Below, piece after piece: positions 60,316 to 64,000 of a DNA stretch of 64,000 bases. Source of the DNA: Ostreococcus lucimarinus (taxonomy: Eukaryota); NCBI GenBank assembly GCA_000092065.1, contig CP000596.1. One strand, written 5' to 3'. A program made the position numbers and the translations under genes. Under the pieces are notes generated by a model that ran no database searches, was not told the origin of the DNA, and saw nothing but the letters and a program-made list of their open reading frames with translations. The first letter of the stretch is position 1. Each line of letters opens with the position of its first letter.

Positions 60316-62472
60316 ATGACGACGACGACGACGACGACGGGGTCCGCGCCCGCGGGGTTCGCGCGACGCGTCAAGCGCGCGCTCGGCGTGCGCCTGAGCG
60401 ACGTCGTGGGGACGACGACGACGACGCGCGACGGCGAAGACGACGCGGGCGGCGACGGCGACGAGGGCGATGGCGAGGGCGGGACGACGCGCGCGCGATC
60501 GGTGGACCTGGCGACGTGCGCGCGAGCGCTGAGCGAGATACTGCCGCTCGGCGCGCACGGAGCGACGACGTCGTCGGTGAACCTGCGGGCGACGGTGGAA
60601 CGGCGCGGGTTGGCGCTCAACGAAAGATTTCTCGACGAATCCATGCGAGCGCGAACGAAACTGAGTCAAGTGGAGGCGACGTTAGAGGCGTTGGACGGCG
60701 CGCGAGAACGCATGCGAACGGCGCTGGAGACTTCGAAACAAAAGACGTCGTCGCTGTTGAGAGAAACCGCGCGGGCGAAGGAGGAGTTGAGCGTCATCGA
60801 ATCGAGACGCGAGCTCGTGAACTCGTTCGCCGTCGATTTTCAGTTGACCAAGGCGCACGTGGACGCGCTGACGACGGTGGAGAACGCGAGCGGGGAGAAC
60901 ACCGAGGGCGCATCCACCGCGGCGACGGCGGCGCCGACGCTTCCGTCGGTGTTTTTTCAAGCGCTCGAGCGCGTCAAGGTGATTCAAGGCAACTGCGCAA
61001 AGTTGGCCAACACCGATCAACAGCGCGCCGGTTTAGAACTGATGGACGTCATGACGTCGTACATGGAAACGGCGCACGAAAAAATGCGTCGCTGGGTCGT
61101 CGCGAAGTGTCGCTTACTCGCCGAAGAAGACGATTTCGTCACCGAGGGCGACGAGCGCGCCCTGCGCAAAGCGATGAGCGCGTTGCGCTTACGTCCGACG
61201 TTATTCAAGGCTTGCGTGGAAGAGGTGACGCGTACGCGTCACAACGCGCTGTTTCGTCGATTCATCACCGCTCTCACGCGCGGTGGCGCGGGGACGAAAC
61301 CGATAGAAGTGCACGCGCACGACCCGTTGCGGTACGCGGGCGACATGTTGAGCTGGGTGCATCAAGCCGTCGCAGGAGAAAAGGAATTTTGCGGTGTGAT
61401 TTTCACGGACGAAGCGATTGAAGGCGACCAAGACGCGTTCGATCCGTCGAAGGAGATGCTGTCGAAAGTTTTCGACGCCATCTGTAGACCTCTAAAGGTT
61501 CGAGTTGAGCAGATTCTCGCGAGCGCGAGCGCGCTGGAGGGCGGCGTGATGACGGCGTACAAGTTGGCAAACTTGTTGCCGTTTTATCGCAATCTACTCG
61601 GAGAATTGCTCGAACGCGACGCAACGATCACAAAAACCGTGAGCGATTTGTGCGAGAGCGCGAAGACGTCGTTCGCGGACGCGGTGGCGCAACACGGCGC
61701 TAAATATAGGAAACTTTCGCTCGCGCCGAACGCGCTCGCGGGCGAAGACGCGTTCTCGCCTCCTGCGGTATTGCGCGAGGGCGTGGCGAGCGCGATCGAG
61801 CTTCTCGAATCCGTCGCAACTTCGTCGAGCACGGCGAGCGGCTCGGACGCCGAAGCGCGCGAACTTTTGGCGTTGGGCGTGAACGGAGTCATCGATCCAA
61901 TCGTCGGCGCCGTCGAAGCCGCGGCGTCTCGCGCGACGGAACAAGCGCGAAGCGTCATAGGCTCGAGCGGACCGAAGTGGTCGGGACACGCGTTCGCGCT
62001 CAACTGCTTGCACGCCATACGTGAGCCTCTGCGTTCGCACGCCGTGGCTGCGGCGAAAGTGGACGAACTCTCTCGCGCCATCGCGAAGAGGGTGAGCGAC
62101 GTCGCCGACGGCGAAGCTGGAACGTTGCTCGCGTCGTGCGGTCTGAACGACGCGCTCGAATTGGTGGTTTTGTATCAAGAGCAACACGGCGCGGGTGACT
62201 CCGTCATGGCGAAAGATCCCGCGTTGCAGATTGACAAGCTCGCCTCGGCGCTCTCGACGCTCGTCGATTCGGCGGGAACGAACGCTCCGGAGTTTAACGA
62301 GATTCAAGCTCCTTCGATGCGAGGCGACGTCGTTTCGCGATACAACGACAAGTTGATCGAAGCGTACACGCGAGTGTACGCCGCGATTTTGAACCCGTCT
62401 TCAGGATACGGCTCGGACGCGCGTTCAAAGGTTCGCCACGGCCCCGCCGCGTTGAGCACCGTACTCGGTTAA
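60316..62472 (+). CDS. COG6: Conserved oligomeric Golgi complex subunit 6 (COG6)
   Basis: [24 protein letters not shown] is the COG6 hallmark. The preceding coiled-coil N-terminal region and [18 protein letters not shown]...[10 protein letters not shown] align to COG6. The start is the Met at 60316 (poly-Thr N-terminus). The upstream part of ORF 59608..62472 is antisense to dUTPase. Confidence 0.7.
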   Translation: MTTTTTTTGSAPAGFARRVKRALGVRLSDVVGTTTTTRDGEDDAGGDGDEGDGEGGTTRARSVDLATCARALSEILPLGAHGATTSSVNLRATVERRGLALNERFLDESMRARTKLSQVEATLEALDGARERMRTALETSKQKTSSLLRETARAKEELSVIESRRELVNSFAVDFQLTKAHVDALTTVENASGENTEGASTAATAAPTLPSVFFQALERVKVIQGNCAKLANTDQQRAGLELMDVMTSYMETAHEKMRRWVVAKCRLLAEEDDFVTEGDERALRKAMSALRLRPTLFKACVEEVTRTRHNALFRRFITALTRGGAGTKPIEVHAHDPLRYAGDMLSWVHQAVAGEKEFCGVIFTDEAIEGDQDAFDPSKEMLSKVFDAICRPLKVRVEQILASASALEGGVMTAYKLANLLPFYRNLLGELLERDATITKTVSDLCESAKTSFADAVAQHGAKYRKLSLAPNALAGEDAFSPPAVLREGVASAIELLESVATSSSTASGSDAEARELLALGVNGVIDPIVGAVEAAASRATEQARSVIGSSGPKWSGHAFALNCLHAIREPLRSHAVAAAKVDELSRAIAKRVSDVADGEAGTLLASCGLNDALELVVLYQEQHGAGDSVMAKDPALQIDKLASALSTLVDSAGTNAPEFNEIQAPSMRGDVVSRYNDKLIEAYTRVYAAILNPSSGYGSDARSKVRHGPAALSTVLG

Positions 62473-62581
62473 ATGCGTGCGAAACGGGAGAGCGGCGACA
62501 AGCATCGCGTGCGTTCGTTTCTTCAATTCTTAGTACTGTATAATACATCGCTATCGACCTCATCTCACTCTCGCCCGACGA

Positions 62582-63943
62582 TCACCTCGGTCCTCCGCGT
62601 TCCGCGTCCTCGTCAAACGTCGCGGGGATCAAGTCTTCTTGAAACGCGCCGCGAAAATTGCCGCTCAAAAACTCACTGAACCAATTTCTCGAAGCACCGG
62701 TGCGCGTTCGGCTCGATGTGCCGAATTCACCTTCGAATCCATCTCGAAACGCTTCGCTGAAAGCGTCTTCGGCGCCGTCGCTCGGCCAACTTTGCTCATC
62801 TTCAACCTCGAAAAAGTCATCGGCGCGCGCCGAAGCGTTCGACGACGACGCACTTGTCGTCCCCAGCCACTCGTCAAACGATACGTCCGCTGAGTAAGGT
62901 TTCTCCTGGACTTTTGCCGTCGTCGCTGTCGTCGTCGTCGAATCCACGTCCTTCGTCAAGGCATCAACATCGATGATTCGCACGAGACCCCCGCCCTCGT
63001 CCTCCGCAGACGGCGGGCGGTTCGACGCGCGCGTTTGCGAGAAGTCGACCTCGGCGACGTCGTCTTCGAAATCAAAGTCACCAGCGTTGAGATTGAATGC
63101 TTTTTTGAACTCATCCAACGCTTCGTCGCCCCACTGGCGAACTTCGACGGTGACATCTTGCGCCGCGCGAAACGCCTCCTTCGCCTTTAAACGATCTCCA
63201 AACGCCTCACTAAAAACTTCCGCACCGCGCTCGAACGCCTTGGCGTCGAATGCGTCGAACGCGCCGTCGCCATAGATGTCTTCGTACTCAAAATCCGCCG
63301 ATCGTCGTTTCCGCTCGCGCGCCGCCGCGCGCCGTCGCTCGTCGAAATCTTCTCGCCGCCGACGCCCTCGCGGCGTCGAATCCGTGGCGTACTCGTACAT
63401 TCCAGCCGCTCGACCCTTCGCGTCGGCTCCGTCGTCGTTCCCTAGAGCCACGGCCAAGCACAGCACAGCACCGATGACGACAACGCCGTAAATCAATCGA
63501 CTCGCCGACAACAGCGCGAAGGCACCCCATCCGCACGCCACGATGAAACGTATGACGTACATCGGCACCGAGCGCGGCAGTAACACATCCAGCGCGCGCG
63601 TGAACGCCTCGCTCACGTTCGTCAGCGCCACATACGCGAGTTTCAGTATGTTTGCGCTCATCTCAAAACCTGACCCACGATCGCGCGCGTCTCTCGTCCT
63701 CGACGGCTCGTATTCGTCGCGTTCGTCGAACTCGTCGCCGCCGCGTCTCCCTCGCGCGCGTCCCGAAAAGTCAAAGTCACCTCGCTCGCGTCCTTCGCCG
63801 AATCGTCCGCGCGGTGCGCGCTCGAACACGTCGAAGTCGCCTTCGTCCCACGACGCGTACGAACTGCTCGTCCCCGTCGACGACGACGCTCTCGCGCGCG
63901 CGTTCTCTTTCCGAATGGGCGCGCGCGTTGACAACGGGCGCAT
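62582..63943 (-). CDS. Hypothetical acidic protein with a central hydrophobic (2-TM-like) segment and repeated [DE]-F-[DE] motifs
   Basis: ORF of 453 aa. VIRFIVACGWGAFALL...VVVIGAVLCLAVALG is hydrophobic. There are many FDFE/DFDFEDD repeats. No family recognised. Confidence 0.35.
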   Translation of the reverse strand: MRPLSTRAPIRKENARARASSSTGTSSSYASWDEGDFDVFERAPRGRFGEGRERGDFDFSGRARGRRGGDEFDERDEYEPSRTRDARDRGSGFEMSANILKLAYVALTNVSEAFTRALDVLLPRSVPMYVIRFIVACGWGAFALLSASRLIYGVVVIGAVLCLAVALGNDDGADAKGRAAGMYEYATDSTPRGRRRREDFDERRRAAARERKRRSADFEYEDIYGDGAFDAFDAKAFERGAEVFSEAFGDRLKAKEAFRAAQDVTVEVRQWGDEALDEFKKAFNLNAGDFDFEDDVAEVDFSQTRASNRPPSAEDEGGGLVRIIDVDALTKDVDSTTTTATTAKVQEKPYSADVSFDEWLGTTSASSSNASARADDFFEVEDEQSWPSDGAEDAFSEAFRDGFEGEFGTSSRTRTGASRNWFSEFLSGNFRGAFQEDLIPATFDEDAERGGPR

Positions 63944-64000
63944 GACGACGACGCGGGTCGTCGCTCGCGCGACGCCGCGCGCGACGCCGCGCGCGGGCGC

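Noticed and set aside
1-64000. A bacterial/prokaryotic interpretation with operons
   Set aside because: There are GT-AG introns with consistent splice signals. The HSP70 ends in EEVD. The genes are eukaryote-specific (COG6, DENN, CTNNBL1, NSA2, Snf7, TPX2). The layout is divergent or convergent rather than co-directional operons, with no Shine-Dalgarno context.
1-64000. tRNA, rRNA, snRNA genes and transposable elements
   Set aside because: I scanned the AT-richer intergenic islands by eye for B-box-like GGTTCGANTCC and A-box motifs, and for LTR/TIR or reverse-transcriptase/transposase ORFs, and found none. This cannot be excluded without tRNAscan/Infernal and RepeatMasker.

Overview
This window is GC-rich (~65%), gene-dense nuclear DNA from a photosynthetic eukaryote, most likely a green-lineage picoalga (Mamiellophyceae/Micromonas-like). 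That attribution is inferred from GC content, compactness and gene content. It is not bacterial. The evidence is a cytosolic HSP70 ending in EEVD and split by a GT-AG intron, together with genes restricted to plants and algae: a PHYLLO MenF/D/C/H fusion, a RETICULATA-related DUF3411 protein, an SDP1-type TAG lipase and an FAD5/ADS-type Δ9 desaturase. I recognise about 39 protein-coding genes, roughly one per 1.6 kb, on both strands with short intergenic spacers. Many are arranged head-to-head. Most genes are single-exon, but I resolved six short spliceosomal introns by hand in HSP70, Snf7, dUTPase, a mitochondrial carrier, a J-domain/ankyrin/TPR gene and a small coiled-coil gene. All six start with G|GTGCG, or G|GTACG in one case, and several contain (GCGAC)n/(GACGC)n microsatellites. 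Recognisable products include Hsp70, peroxisomal citrate synthase (PTS2-like), an SDP1-like patatin lipase, PHYLLO (2079 aa), SHMT, NSA2, a DDX5/Dbp2 DEAD-box helicase, tRNase Z-long, dUTPase, COG6, a DENN-domain protein, ChaC, RpiA, METTL5, uL15, a Δ9 desaturase, a UAA nucleotide-sugar transporter, Snf7/CHMP4, eIF4B (DRYG repeats), CTNNBL1, an XRN-like exonuclease, an RsuA-type pseudouridine synthase, an aldo-keto reductase and a DUF819 membrane protein. I did not recognise any rRNA, tRNA, CRISPR or transposon. The long antisense ORFs in the track are artefacts of high GC. The noteworthy items are gene-architecture observations, listed as findings. I found no coherent novel 'system'. All coordinates were derived by eye from the ORF track and the sequence. 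Splice junctions and start codons are inferences.
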